64,000 nucleotides of DNA from an uncultured Rivularia sp. (GCA_963665115.1 OY762007.1:864001-928000); one strand, 5' to 3'. Counted from the stretch's first letter, positions 1 through 12,129 are shown. The notes: a model not told the origin generated them from the letters alone. Numbers and translations are program-made.

Positions 1-2792
1 AACGAACAATTCTTCCCGTACCTTCCTTCACAGGTTCCGCACCCACTAACTCCAATAAAATACCTAAAGATTCGCCCTTTGTTTTGATAGCATCCAATCC
101 CCACAACATTACCGCTACCGTCTCCGGATAGCTGCCGTTTTCTTGTAAATGCTGCTCAATAATCTTCTTAGCAACCTCCCTTCCTCTTTCATAAGCAGCA
201 GGAGAAGGCATTCTGTAGGGATCTAAAGCATGAATATTTCTTCCCGTCGGTAACACGCCAGCACCATCCCGCAACAAATCCCCCCCCGGTGCAGGTGGAA
301 TATATTCGCCATTCAAACCCCGTAATAAATTCGTTAACTCATCCGTACTTTGCATCAACAAATCTTGAATTTTCTCTTCCTCTTCCCCACGTTGCAAACT
401 TTTCTCCGATGTCGAGAGAGGCTTTAAAGTCTTTGAGTTTCTCCGGGGGCTGGGGGGTTAGGTTTTTCGTTGACTCCTCCCCAAAATAAGCATCCAAATA
501 AGACTTCATCTGCTCCTGATTTGGTGCTTTCCCCAAAATATGTAACCCAGAAGAAAACAACCGATTTTCCAAAACCTGCAAATATTCGTACAGCTTCACC
601 AAATAATCGTTAAAAGCATTTTGGCTAAACATTCCGATATTTTCAGGTGTAAACTCAATTCCCAACTTCTTCGCTTCCTCAAACGGACAATCAGCATCCA
701 ATCCAGAATCAACAATTTTTTTGCAAATCCCTTCTTTAACTACATAATTCTTTTGCGGATCTTCCCGATACTCCGCAATTAAATCCCGTAGCTCAGCCGT
801 CAACTTATACAAACCCGCACGTCCGTAAGGTGGTACGTTGTGAGAAATCAACACCCCATAACCGCGACGCTTCGCCAAAATCGACTCCGAAGGATTATTC
901 GCGGCATAAATGTATAGATTGGGTAAATCACCAAGTAAAATATCCGACCAAGAATAACCAGTATTGCCCAAAGGCGATCCGGGCAACCATTCCACAGTGC
1001 CATGCATTCCAAAATGAACCAGCGCATCGGCAGCAAACTCATTTTGCAACCACTTGTAATAAGCAGCATACTGGGGATGCGGCGTTAAATCGCGTTCAAA
1101 CATCAACCGCATCGGGTCCCCTTGAATCCCTAATGGTGGTTGAACTCCTATCCAAACATTGCCTAATTGGATACCGCCAACATGAAACTCATCCCCGTAG
1201 GTTTTGATACCGGAACCCGTCAGCGATTTCCACTGCTTTTCAACGCGGGTTGTTTGGAGGTATCCCAGCCATTTTTCCAAAGTTCTGACATTTACAGCTA
1301 CATTTTCGGGGTGCAATTCGTCCGCTTCTTTCACCAAACGAATCAATTCTTCCCCATCTTCCGGTAATTCTCCAACGTTGTAACCTTGTTCTTTTAAAGC
1401 GTGGAGAAATTTCAATAAGCTGCGGGGTACATTTAATAAAGCAGCCGTACCCGTCGCACCGTATCCCGGTGGAAAACCGTAGAGAATAACCGCAATTTTG
1501 CGCTCAGAGACAGGTGTTTGTCTGAGATTAACCCAACTTTTTACCCTACCAATTAATCTTTGTACCCTTTCCGGAACCAAGTAAATATCTTCTCCTACCA
1601 AACCACCGAGAGCAACCGTGTCAATCGCTCCATCTAATTCCGGCAATGAGTATAAAACAACACTTTGTAAACCGCCAATACCTTGACGAGTCCAGGAATG
1701 AATATCTTGAATTAATAAAGGTGCGGCAACAATATAAGGGACATTTTTCGCAGAGAGAATTCCCTTAGCAATATCTACCTGTCTTCCCGCTTCCATAGAG
1801 CCTGCGGGACCTCCCACCAAGGGGAACCCGATGGTAGAAATAATTGCATCGACTTTTCCAGCTTCCGGGGAAAGAGAAAGAGTTTCTTTATTACCTTGTT
1901 CCCGTTGTTGAGTTTCATAATCCGTAGTCATCCAATCGCGGACGGCAACGTGTCCTTCTACACCGTTGATGAATATCGGTACGGGAATTAAACCAGCTTC
2001 TTCAAAGTGTTTAATTAATTGCGGAATATAAGGTTGTTTTGTAATAACGTGTTTTCTATAGAGGAGAATTCCCACGGCTTGAGAGGGGGTAGAGGGGGTA
2101 GAATTTTTTTTATTTGTTCTTTTCTCATACCACTCTAAATATGCTTTTGGCGATTCAAAATAACCGTCATAATCGGGATGAAGCAATCCCATATTCGGAG
2201 TTTCTAAAGGTGCGGGAATATCGCCGACTTTTAAATCTAAATACTTTTCTGCTAACGTCCAAAATAGTGAAGCGACATTTTCCGAACCACCAGCATTCCA
2301 ATAACCGTAAATAACTAACCAGTTGCGTAAATCTTGTACTTTCTGTACTGGTACAAATTTTAATAATTTGGGACCAAGTTTCAAGAAGCTAATATAGCCA
2401 GCAAGTTTATCTTCTTCACGTCCGTTGCTGAACTTATCCAAGATGAATTTTACTGGTTTTGGCATTCCCTTGGGTTTATCGCCAATTGCAAAAGCACCGA
2501 TTTTGTTGCAACTCATCAACTCCAAAGCTGACTCAAACACCAAGCGGATGGGAATATCATTTACTCTTTCCCTCAACCATACAACTTGGTCGTAGTCGAA
2601 TAGCAAGCTACCAAAAAACACATCAGCGTCTTGAAGTGCAGATTCTACTTCAACCCGTTTGCTGCTGATATCGCGATCGCTAAATACCCGAATATCCAAA
2701 TCCGAGCAGCGAGATACGGCCATATCGGCGGCTTTGCGATATAAACCAGCATTGAAAGATTCAAACCCTGCAATCAAGACGATGCGCTTCAT
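1..2792 (-). CDS. bchH: Magnesium chelatase subunit H (BchH/ChlH-like paralog); C-terminal part runs off the window; apparent +1 frameshift near 445-457
   Basis: CobN/Mg-chelatase motifs (HFGMHGTVEWLPG, YIYAANNPSE). After ORF 339..2792 the protein continues in the next frame as ...QSTDELTNLLRGLNGEYIPPAPGGDLLRDGAGVLPTGRNIHALDPYRMPS... to position 1. Confidence 0.9.
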
Positions 2793-3012
2793 GTTGTAAA
2801 ACCACTCCAGTGTTTCATTCTACAACTTTAACGAAGTTAGACACTCAAATGGAAGCTGCTGCGTTGAACACCAAAATTTAAGGTAGCAAAATGATACCGA
2901 TTGTGAAAGCATAATTACTCAAATATTGAGAGATATTAAGTATTAAATAAGTATTAGATTAAAATTCAAAAAAAAACAGATATTTATTAATCAATACACA
3001 TAAAAACATAAT

Positions 3013-3028
3013 TGTAAATACTGATACA
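3013..3028. promoter_or_regulatory. Candidate NtcA binding site
   Basis: TGTA-aatactga-TACA is a perfect GTA-N8-TAC with T/A flanks in the divergent bchH/amidase spacer. No properly spaced TAN3T -10 box was found. Confidence 0.45.
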
Positions 3029-3217
3029 CAAGATATCAGTTATAGATAAAACCTTAGCACTAAGCTTTCAATTAGAGGAGAATATCAAGCACTAAATTTT
3101 AAGCAAATATTTTTTAAACAAAAATATAAAATGCAGTTGTATATGTGTAATTTAATTATCTTGACATCTACTATATTCAATGTTTTAAAAGTAATGTTTA
3201 ATATTTTCGGTAACTGT

Positions 3218-4159
3218 ATGAGATTTGGAATTGATATTGGACATAATTGCCCACCCGACACCGGAGAAAACGGAATAAAATACGAAGACAATTTAACATT
3301 GGATGTCGGGAATAGAGTAATGGGTAAATTGAAAGATTTAGGACATCAAGTAGTAAATTGTAAGCCAGCAAAATCTAGTAGTGTAGGAAATTCTCTCCGT
3401 CAAAGATGCGCGACAGCAAATGAAAGTAAAGTAGATATTTTTGTTTCCATACATTTTAATACTTTTAACGGCTTTGCTAACGGTACAGAAGTATTTTCTA
3501 TTAGCGACACGGGTAAAAAAATATCCAAGTCAGTATTAGATGAAATTGTTAAAATGGGATTTTTCAATCGCGGTGTAAAAAATGGTTCCCATTTATTTGT
3601 TTTGAAAAATACAAATATGCCTGCAATTTTAGTAGAATGTTGCTTTCTTGATTCTGCAAAAGACATGAAGTTATTTAGTTCAGAATCAATGGCAAATGCT
3701 ATTGTTAAAGGTTTGGCAGGTAAATTACCTTCTACTCCAGTTATCTCCGTTCCCGATGAAACATCAAATCCGGATGTATCTGTAATTAGATTACAAAAAA
3801 CTTTGAATCGTCTCAGAATGACCGATTACACCGGCAAACCTTTAGATGAAGATAATGAAATTGGGCCAGCAACAGCATCCACAATCAAGAGATTTCAAGA
3901 AATAGTTGATATTCAACAAACAGGCATTATTGGTAACACTACATGGAGCGCAATTAATCAAGTTTTAGCAAAACCAGTAATCAGAAAAAATCATGCCGGT
4001 GGTATAGTGATGAAATATTTACAATACCGTGTGGGTGCCGAAATCGACGGTATATATGGCTTATTTACAGAAGCTGCAATTCAACAATTTCAAAGATCAA
4101 ATGGTTTGTATGCTGATGGAATTGTTGGTAATCTAACTTGGCGTAAATTTATTGGGTAA
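3218..4159 (+). CDS. N-acetylmuramoyl-L-alanine amidase (Amidase_3) with C-terminal peptidoglycan-binding domains
   Basis: IDIGH, SIHFN, NGTEVF and PAILVECCF motifs; PG_binding_1-like repeats (LQKTLNRL; DGIYGLFTEAAIQQFQRSNGLYADGIVG). Start at ATG 3218 (MRFGIDIGH) preferred over 3131. Confidence 0.9.
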   Translation: MRFGIDIGHNCPPDTGENGIKYEDNLTLDVGNRVMGKLKDLGHQVVNCKPAKSSSVGNSLRQRCATANESKVDIFVSIHFNTFNGFANGTEVFSISDTGKKISKSVLDEIVKMGFFNRGVKNGSHLFVLKNTNMPAILVECCFLDSAKDMKLFSSESMANAIVKGLAGKLPSTPVISVPDETSNPDVSVIRLQKTLNRLRMTDYTGKPLDEDNEIGPATASTIKRFQEIVDIQQTGIIGNTTWSAINQVLAKPVIRKNHAGGIVMKYLQYRVGAEIDGIYGLFTEAAIQQFQRSNGLYADGIVGNLTWRKFIG

Positions 4160-4492
4160 TTTGAAAAAGTTAGGAGTGAGGAGTTAAGAGTATAGATTCA
4201 AATTTATATTATCAATATTAAGTTAACAATATTCATGGCAATCGTGTTGCCTGTTTCCAGTTATCAATTATCAATTACCGATTTAGTTGCCAGCGAGCAA
4301 GATGCTCGCACTACAAAATGAAAAATTTGGGATGCTTCCTCTCTCCTTATTTCTTTCCTCTGCGCTCTTTGCGTCTCTGCGGGTTTTTTTAATCGGTAAT
4401 CAAAAACCAGCTTTGATGTTGGGTTACGGCTCACTTCTACTTTTCATAAACCATAATAATTCGTGTGCCTTTAACCCAACCTACAATAAAGT

Positions 4493-5968
4493 TTAAAATT
4501 CCTCACTCCTAACTTCAAACTCTTCATTTCTAACTCTTAACTGATAATTTTGATAGCTATTCTGCTCGTGTACGTGGTAATTATGTCCTGCTAAAGCCAT
4601 AGCTAAAAATCCCCACAGCACCATACCAGCAACTTCTAACATTCCGCTGTTACCCGCTAAAGTGGATATCATAGCAATACCAATACCCCGCGATGCAGCC
4701 ATAAAAGAATCGAAACGACATTCGGTAAATTGAAATACTTGATAAACCAACAGCAGCATTCCACCTAAATAAAATACTGCTCCAAACCAACCTAATGTAA
4801 AAAAGCAATCGAGAAATCCACTGTCAATTACAATTGGTTCTAAAATACCTTGTTCGTTTAGAGTAAATGTGTTTCCTACTCCATTGCCGAAACCGTTAGT
4901 AAGGGCTTTATTTAAACCGTCCTCGTAAATTTTTTGTCTAACTTGAGCGCTATCGTCTTTTTCTAATTCGCCAAACGTTTCAAAGCGTTGTGTAATCGTT
5001 TCTGAAAATGGCTCAATCGTTGTTAAAGGTACAATACACAGCATCATCAATACAATAACTACAATCAAACGCATTTGAGACTGTGCTTTTAACGAACCAA
5101 ATAAAGTGACTAATCCTACTAACCAGGCACCCCACAAAGTACGTACAGATGTCAGCAAAAATGATAAATAACCCACAGCAGTAGCGGGTATGTTCAAATA
5201 ATGTGCATGAGTTAACAGTAATAATAAACCAGCCATCATTACACCTGAAAAAGGAGCGGGAGAAGCCATTGTACTCCATACACGCAATTCCAGAGGCTCC
5301 GGGTTTCCCATACTTTTAAGTTCAGTTTCTACAAGCCAAAATACATCCCATTCAGGTGCCACTATAAACTGCCAAACACCGTAAGCTCCCATTACTAAAG
5401 CACCCCAAATAAAAGTGCGCTGAAGCACTTGCCGATACTGAGGATATTCCCGCCATTTGATGAATAAGAAGAAAGCAAAAACAACGGGAGTCAACCAGGC
5501 AAAAATTCCCCGAGCTACAATCATAGGGGAAGTCTTGATTAGTCCGATCAGCGCACCATAGAAAACGCCCAAAAACGCCATTACAAAAGGTAAACCACCT
5601 TGCCGTAACGACTTAGGAAAATATATTAAAGCAGTATGTAAAGTTAATAAAGTTACTAAGTATTGTGATACAAGCATAAAGCGGCTGGGGTCAAAACCGC
5701 TTTTCCAGTCAACTATACGAGTTACAAATGGCGTAATGAACCACAGCCACCATGTAAAACCGATATAGAGGATGGGATATCGCAGATACAGAAACAGTCC
5801 CACCGCAAAAGAAACGGCAATATATCCATTTCGCAGGATAGCTGTAGCACCCGAAAAGATACATACCGCTGTAAACAATACAAATGCCAGAATCGCCGTC
5901 CAACCCAAAGGAGGCTCTAAACCAAAGGAAAATCTTTTTTTAGGAGTTGTGTTTAAAGTATGGTTCAC
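4493..5968 (-). CDS. O-antigen ligase/polymerase-like membrane protein of the HEP island
   Basis: Multi-TM protein with Wzy_C-like features (RVWSTM, TSVRTLW, GNGVG, DSGFL); last gene of the HEP cluster. Confidence 0.8.
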   Translation of the reverse strand: MNHTLNTTPKKRFSFGLEPPLGWTAILAFVLFTAVCIFSGATAILRNGYIAVSFAVGLFLYLRYPILYIGFTWWLWFITPFVTRIVDWKSGFDPSRFMLVSQYLVTLLTLHTALIYFPKSLRQGGLPFVMAFLGVFYGALIGLIKTSPMIVARGIFAWLTPVVFAFFLFIKWREYPQYRQVLQRTFIWGALVMGAYGVWQFIVAPEWDVFWLVETELKSMGNPEPLELRVWSTMASPAPFSGVMMAGLLLLLTHAHYLNIPATAVGYLSFLLTSVRTLWGAWLVGLVTLFGSLKAQSQMRLIVVIVLMMLCIVPLTTIEPFSETITQRFETFGELEKDDSAQVRQKIYEDGLNKALTNGFGNGVGNTFTLNEQGILEPIVIDSGFLDCFFTLGWFGAVFYLGGMLLLVYQVFQFTECRFDSFMAASRGIGIAMISTLAGNSGMLEVAGMVLWGFLAMALAGHNYHVHEQNSYQNYQLRVRNEEFEVRSEEF

Positions 5969-5977
5969 TGCTTCAAG

Positions 5978-6037
5978 TTAGAAATTAGGAGTTAGGAGTT
6001 AGGAGTTAGGAATTAGGAGTTAGGAGTAGGGAGTTAG
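5978..6037. repeat. STRR-type heptamer tandem repeat (TTAGGAG)n
   Basis: About 8 imperfect copies of ttaggag between two HEP genes. Confidence 0.85.
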
Positions 6038-6999
6038 TAATCAAATTTCTCCAATCCCCTATGCCCTATGCCCAATTCCCCATTGGTAACTGTTTGCAAC
6101 CCTTGCCAACGGCCGCGCCAGGATGCTAGTAATTTTTTGCCTGCTAATAAACCTTCGGAGGGAAGAAAGCGCAACCACTGTATGAAACCCATTGCTTCGC
6201 GGCTTCCTATTGTTACAGCCCAGAATAAAAATGCTATTTTTTGCAATGGTGAAAAGTATTCTAATAAAGCTACGGTTTCGTTGTGTACGGCGTTTGCAAA
6301 GGCAATTTGATTGAAACTGTTGCGCCGATCTTCGTCGAATCGCTTGGCTGGATAATGATTAACTGCTACTTGAGGATCGTAAATTAACTTCCAACCGGCT
6401 CGTTTTAATTTTAAAGAAAAAGCTAATTCAAAGTGAACCTGAGCGCCAGTGCCTTTCATCCGTTCGTCAAAGTGCCAGCCTTGAATGGCAGCGCGTCGAA
6501 AGCTCATGTTTACTCCTTTGAGTACGTCAACTTCCCGCGCTTCGCCAGTACCTATATGGTGATTGCCGATTACTCTACCAAACCAGCGCACTTGGCCAAC
6601 TATTCCCGAATTCCCATCTTCTAAATCGGTGCCGTGATAAACCCAATCGCGCCCCCCAACTCCACCGACGCGCTCGTCTGCGAGATAATGGCTTTCAATT
6701 CGCGCCAACCAATCGGGATGGGGAGCCGCATCATCATCTGTAAAAGCAACAATATCGGCCGAAGCTGCATCGAGGCCAACATTCATGGCTGCAACTACTC
6801 CGGTGATAGTTACTGTTGCAGTGCGTAATGCTAACTTCTTGCAATCAAAGGCTGCGAGAAATGACCAAGTTTCGGTATCCGTATCGCGGACTACCACTAT
6901 CACCTCATCAGCCAGTCGAGTTTGATTTTTCAATGCTTCCAGGCAGCGAGCTAGGTCTTGGCTGCGTCGGTAAGTTGGTATGATGAGTGCGATCGCCAT
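6034..6999 (-). CDS. Glycosyltransferase family 2
   Basis: IIPTYRR, AFTDDD and KGVNMSFRR motifs. Confidence 0.9.
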   Translation of the reverse strand: MAIALIIPTYRRSQDLARCLEALKNQTRLADEVIVVVRDTDTETWSFLAAFDCKKLALRTATVTITGVVAAMNVGLDAASADIVAFTDDDAAPHPDWLARIESHYLADERVGGVGGRDWVYHGTDLEDGNSGIVGQVRWFGRVIGNHHIGTGEAREVDVLKGVNMSFRRAAIQGWHFDERMKGTGAQVHFELAFSLKLKRAGWKLIYDPQVAVNHYPAKRFDEDRRNSFNQIAFANAVHNETVALLEYFSPLQKIAFLFWAVTIGSREAMGFIQWLRFLPSEGLLAGKKLLASWRGRWQGLQTVTNGELGIGHRGLEKFDY

Positions 7000-8147
7000 T
7001 ATTTATTAATCTCCTCAAATAAATCTACATATTGTTGGGCCATGCTTTTCCAGGTATTTTGCAGAGCAATTTCTCTCGCAGTTCGACCCATGTTACTTCT
7101 TAAATCGGGATTTACGCTTAATTTTTGCATTGCTTCTGCTAAGGCTTTACTATCATCTGGATTTGGTAAAACTATCCCAGCTTCTGGAGTAATTAAAGGA
7201 GCAGCACCCGTACAGCTTGCGGTAATTACTGGTAGCCCTGTCGCCATTGCTTCTGTAATTACTAAGCCAAAAGGTTCGTAGCGTGAAGGAAATACAAAGA
7301 AATCTACAGCTTTCATTAAAGAAGGCACATCGCGGCGAAATCCCAGGAAATGCACTCGGTCGTTAAGTCCCAGAGATTTCGCTAATTGCAGATAAGGGCT
7401 ACCATCGGTTACACCTACCACCGCTAAGTGTAAATCGGGAACTTCCACCAAAGCTTTTAGTACAGTGTCCAAATTTTTCCGAGGTAGTCTAATGTCCCCA
7501 ACAAACATTGCTAAAGGAACCCCATCGGGTAAATTCCATGTTTGACGACTACCACCGTTACCGGGTGAAAATTCCTCGATATCTACCCCATTACTAATGA
7601 CTCGAATTGCGTCTTGAGGTACCCCGATTTCTCGTAAATCTTCAGCAACTTTATCGGAAACTGCAACTACTATTTTTGTATTGTCAAATGCTTGTTTTTC
7701 CCAACGTGCGTTGAGTTTCGTATACAACCACTGATATGAATTATATAAAAATAGATATGGATTAAAGATAGTTTTATTGTTGGTTGCTGTAGCTTCTAAT
7801 TGAGAAAACTTCAACCAAGAATTATGAACGAAATGTACTGCATTCACATCTGAGTCAGCCCAGGTAATAGCACCATTTGCTTTAATTAAATCGAACTGCT
7901 GGCGATGTTTTCTCAACCAATTAGTGCTTTTATAAGCAAACACCATATTCCGCATTAATTCTGTCGGAACTTTTGCGGAAATAGTAACCCAATTAATAGA
8001 TAGATGTTTTTCTAATTCCGGAGCTATCTTACTTGCTAATACCGTTACATGGTGCCCGCGACGAATTGCTTCGCAGGCAACTTCATAATTTACCCTTCCT
8101 TGACCATCACCTTTAATTAAACTGTGAGTAACAATGCAAAGCTTCAC
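6999..8147 (-). CDS. Glycosyltransferase family 4
   Basis: FVFPSRYEPFGLVITEAMATGLPVI (EX7E); GTG start. Confidence 0.9.
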   Translation of the reverse strand: MKLCIVTHSLIKGDGQGRVNYEVACEAIRRGHHVTVLASKIAPELEKHLSINWVTISAKVPTELMRNMVFAYKSTNWLRKHRQQFDLIKANGAITWADSDVNAVHFVHNSWLKFSQLEATATNNKTIFNPYLFLYNSYQWLYTKLNARWEKQAFDNTKIVVAVSDKVAEDLREIGVPQDAIRVISNGVDIEEFSPGNGGSRQTWNLPDGVPLAMFVGDIRLPRKNLDTVLKALVEVPDLHLAVVGVTDGSPYLQLAKSLGLNDRVHFLGFRRDVPSLMKAVDFFVFPSRYEPFGLVITEAMATGLPVITASCTGAAPLITPEAGIVLPNPDDSKALAEAMQKLSVNPDLRSNMGRTAREIALQNTWKSMAQQYVDLFEEINK

Positions 8148-8358
8148 GATATTATCAGCCTGTTACAAGATTAATACGATCGGTTCTTCAGTACTAAGGT
8201 ACGCTAAATCGTTGGCGTAAAAGCTGAAACATATTCTATACAATGATTATAGGTTTAAACAAAACATGATTGATTAATCCTATTCCCTGTTCCCTCTTCT
8301 ACAACAATTTAATTAGCATCCCCTTGTACAAAATAACCATATAATTTATATTCATTCA

Positions 8359-9270
8359 TCAAGAAACAATTACTGAAGAAACTGCTTCCGATTGAGGAAT
8401 TTCTTTCTGTTGCCATAACAAATGAATGCGAGAACGACGAATAATTTCCGGCCAAGCTTGAATTGATCCTCGCTTTAATAAATATCCGCTCATATGAACA
8501 AAATATATAGTTAAAAAAGCCAGCAGCTTAATCGGATTGGGAAACAAATTTTTATAGCGTTTAATACCGATATAAAGTCTAGCTGCTTCTATATGTAATT
8601 CATAATTACTTACGCCGCCAATACCAGGTGCATTTAGTATGCTATCGGTGCTTCTTTCATTTACTTGTAACTCGGGACAAGATACGATTTTGTAGCCGTA
8701 TTTAATTGCTCGCAAGCAAAGTTCTGCATCTTCATAACCGAAAAAGATGTCTTCATCCCATTGTTCTTGAGAGAAAAACTGTCTGGGGAATAATGCTGCA
8801 TGAATTACTACTGTTTCGGGAGTACTTTCGGTAGCGCAAAAGTATCCTCGAAAAGATAGTTTCGATGGTAGCAGTTTCTCTCCTTGAGTACTCGTGCTAG
8901 AACCAGTAAGAATAGTATATTTCCTTTGCTCGTTTGGTATCTGAGAATATTTATTTACAGCATTAGCAATAAAATCGGGTTCAACACAAATATCATCATC
9001 AACAAAAGCCACAAAATCTGTTTCTAATGCCGAAGTTGCATTTACTGCGTTATTGCGATTAGCGCAAACACCGCGTCTGGGGCCTAAAATATAAGTTGTT
9101 CCTGGATATTTTTTAACAACTTCTTGATTGCTTCGCTGTACTTCAACATCTTGCGAATCATCAGAAACAATCACCAAATGGGGTTTAACTGTAGAATTCC
9201 ACAAAGCTTTTAAACAATTATCAAGTTGCTGGAAACGATTTCTGGTTGTGATACAAGCTGCGATACGCAT
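8359..9270 (-). CDS. Glycosyltransferase family 2
   Basis: CITTRNR, IVSDDS, AFVDDD and GYEDAE motifs; likely start ATG 9270 (MRIAAC). Confidence 0.85.
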   Translation of the reverse strand: MRIAACITTRNRFQQLDNCLKALWNSTVKPHLVIVSDDSQDVEVQRSNQEVVKKYPGTTYILGPRRGVCANRNNAVNATSALETDFVAFVDDDICVEPDFIANAVNKYSQIPNEQRKYTILTGSSTSTQGEKLLPSKLSFRGYFCATESTPETVVIHAALFPRQFFSQEQWDEDIFFGYEDAELCLRAIKYGYKIVSCPELQVNERSTDSILNAPGIGGVSNYELHIEAARLYIGIKRYKNLFPNPIKLLAFLTIYFVHMSGYLLKRGSIQAWPEIIRRSRIHLLWQQKEIPQSEAVSSVIVS

Positions 9271-9382
9271 ATGAAAATACCTTCCTTGATTTTGAAATAA
9301 TTGAAACGTATTGTTCCCTTCGTTGAGTGGGGAGTAGAAAATAGAGTGCAGGATTTGCTCTTCTACCTTCCTCACTGGAGTG

Positions 9383-10357
9383 CTAGAATTTAGCTGCAAT
9401 TTTAGGTGGAGTAAAACTTAGAATTAGTGCGGCTATTGTCCGCAAACTAAAGTGTTTTTTCAACGAATGGCAAAAGCGAATACGTGCTTCTGTGGAATTT
9501 TCACTCCGCATCAAGCCGATTCCCAAATTTGTATTAATTTGTCCCCATTTATGATGAAAATGAGGAAAAAGTTCTTTTAATTGCTCATCTTTCATAAACT
9601 GCTCGTAGCAGAAAAGATCGGCTTTGGCTTTGCGAATTTTACCTTGGAAATTACGTCTTCCACTTTGCATGGTTTCTGTTTGTTCGTGTTCGCGATATCT
9701 GGTTAATTTATCGGGGAAATAATAAGCTCCTAAACCGGAACGACAACACAGATAATTTAGATAAATATCCCACGAACCACCTACTTCTTGGGGTATATTA
9801 TCCCAATCAACAATCTCTCGGCGAATTACAGCTGCCGTAGCGCTGGAAATGGCTCTATCTATTAAACCCAATTTATGAAAAGGTTGGTAGATTCCTTCTT
9901 TTAAATTTTCCCGTTTATAAAAACGCGAACATCTTTTTGTTGCAGCAGCATCAATTGTGCCGTCTGTTTTAATAACATGATGGTCGCAGAAAGCTAAAGC
10001 TAAATTAGAATTGGCTTCTAAAGCAGGTACGAGCTTAGCTAAAAAGTCTTTTTCCCATACATCATCGTCTAATAAACAAGCAACATATTTACCTTGTGCC
10101 TTTTTAAAAGCATTCATAGTGTTGGCAAACATTCCCAGATTGCTCTGGTTGCGAAAAAAGCGGATTCTACAATCTTGAAAAGACTCAATTATTGACTGAG
10201 GATTTTGAGGACTGCAATTATCGGAAACAATAATCTCAATATTCTGATATGTTTGTTGAACGGCACTTGTCAGTGCTGCTTTCAAATATTCCGGACGATT
10301 ATAAGTAGGAGTTATAATACTGACTAAAGGTTGATTCTTTTGATTATTATTTGTCAT
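9383..10357 (-). CDS. Glycosyltransferase family 2
   Basis: PLVSIITPTYNR, IIVSDNCS and LLDDD motifs. Confidence 0.9.
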   Translation of the reverse strand: MTNNNQKNQPLVSIITPTYNRPEYLKAALTSAVQQTYQNIEIIVSDNCSPQNPQSIIESFQDCRIRFFRNQSNLGMFANTMNAFKKAQGKYVACLLDDDVWEKDFLAKLVPALEANSNLALAFCDHHVIKTDGTIDAAATKRCSRFYKRENLKEGIYQPFHKLGLIDRAISSATAAVIRREIVDWDNIPQEVGGSWDIYLNYLCCRSGLGAYYFPDKLTRYREHEQTETMQSGRRNFQGKIRKAKADLFCYEQFMKDEQLKELFPHFHHKWGQINTNLGIGLMRSENSTEARIRFCHSLKKHFSLRTIAALILSFTPPKIAAKF

Positions 10358-10367
10358 ATATTTAAAT

Positions 10368-11399
10368 TTATAGTCTTTTTCTCGTTTCGCCGGATTTTAC
10401 CATTTTCTGAATAACACTAATGGTTCTATTCCACAACATTATACGACTTGCCGACCTGAGAACTTTAGGAGATTTACTATAGCTTAATGCTGTTTTTATT
10501 TGCAGTAAACCCTCAGTTATATCGCCTTTTTTTATTAAAGAATCTGCTGACTCTAAAGCGAGAAAAGCACAATTTTGTTTTACAGTTCGAGCCAGCTTAG
10601 TATTTGTTTCTTCAGGTAAATAAGATTTAAAGATAGTTTCTACAGTATTGTAATTTTCCTGAATAAAAATTTCGCTTTTGGCATTAACATTGTTTGCTGA
10701 TTCTAAATGTACGCGCCACAGAGCTAAAGGTTCTGCTTCAAACCACATTGGATAATTAGCAAAAATTCTGGCCCACATCTCCCAATCTGCACTGATACCG
10801 CAGCGCCGATCGAATCCTCCAAGGTTTTCATAAACCTCGCGTCGCACTACTGCAAGGGAAGGTACGGAAATACAGCAAATTTCAGCAATTCTGTGCAGCC
10901 AACTTTCAGGCAAAATACCGCTGTTAGGCATCTCAAAATTGGACAAACCTTGCCATTGATTATGCTTATCAATCAATACACTGCGACAAAAAGCAGCACC
11001 TACTTCTGGATGCTCCTCGAAAGGCCGCGCCATCTTTTCATAAAACCCCTCCCTAACGCAATCGTCACTACACAGCAGATGAATCAACTTTCCACGAGAC
11101 AATTCAAAACAGGTTTGAAAATTATTCATAATACCTACATTGCTCGGCTGACGGTAAAATTCTACACGTCCTCCGCTTAATTCCTCTACAACTGCTGCTG
11201 GATCATCTTCTGTAGAGTTATTATCAACAACCACAATTTGCATCTTGTCTATGCCCGGATCTTGTGCCAAAACGGTCGCTAATGTATACCGTAGGTATTC
11301 CGCACAATTGTACGTAGGAATCATCACAGACCAAAGCGGACGCTTTACCTCTTCAGAAACCGGCAAAATGCTTGGGCGATAAGGATTTAAGTGATTCAT
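10368..11399 (-). CDS. Glycosyltransferase family 2
   Basis: WSVMIPTYN, VVDNNS, LCSDD and LGGFD..ADWEMW motifs. Confidence 0.9.
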   Translation of the reverse strand: MNHLNPYRPSILPVSEEVKRPLWSVMIPTYNCAEYLRYTLATVLAQDPGIDKMQIVVVDNNSTEDDPAAVVEELSGGRVEFYRQPSNVGIMNNFQTCFELSRGKLIHLLCSDDCVREGFYEKMARPFEEHPEVGAAFCRSVLIDKHNQWQGLSNFEMPNSGILPESWLHRIAEICCISVPSLAVVRREVYENLGGFDRRCGISADWEMWARIFANYPMWFEAEPLALWRVHLESANNVNAKSEIFIQENYNTVETIFKSYLPEETNTKLARTVKQNCAFLALESADSLIKKGDITEGLLQIKTALSYSKSPKVLRSASRIMLWNRTISVIQKMVKSGETRKRL

Positions 11400-12129
11400 A
11401 GCTTATTCTTCAAGATTTTTTTCTTGTATGAAGCGAGTACGATAATTAAAAGAGTAAATTTTATGTTTCGCTTGTTAGAACCATAATTAATTTGCCCTAA
11501 TAGGATGTTATGTACTGCAATACAGATTTAGAAGCACAAACAAATATGTTTGTTGATTAAACTAAATAAAGCTCCATACATTGAGTTGTTATTAATACGC
11601 TCTTACCTAAGTACAACAAGTTATTTGTAGATAATTGCTGTGTGTATCTTTTCAATAGGTTATATCAAAATATATGTATGTTAGGCGAGAGCTTTTAGAT
11701 GATTTTTTGGAATTAAAATCTTATAGATAATCTTCTTTATGAAAGCTTTAAATAAGGATTCGGTAACTACTAATATCTGCTTGGAAAACAGCGCTCGAAG
11801 GATTATACTCAGAAGAATCTAATTGCAACATATCTTTTAATCGTTTTATACAGATGATGCAATGGATGATATAACCTAGAAACAATATATAGATAACTAC
11901 AAGTTAATTTTTTTAAGAACGCAGTGACTATCAAATTAAATATTGCGTTTAGTAAATGAGATATGACAGTACAGCGATCAAAACTACATTATATTTGCTT
12001 GACCGATCCAGTGACAATACACTTTTGTGCAATAAAAATTTTACTTGGGTGTCTCTAAATTTTCTGTCAAAAATGATTTTATTATTTATTAAGAATTTTA
12101 TACAAAATTATTATTTTTTCAAATAAAAA

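Noticed and set aside
2883..2897. GTAgcaaaatgaTAC as an NtcA site
   Set aside because: The spacer is 9 nt, not 8.
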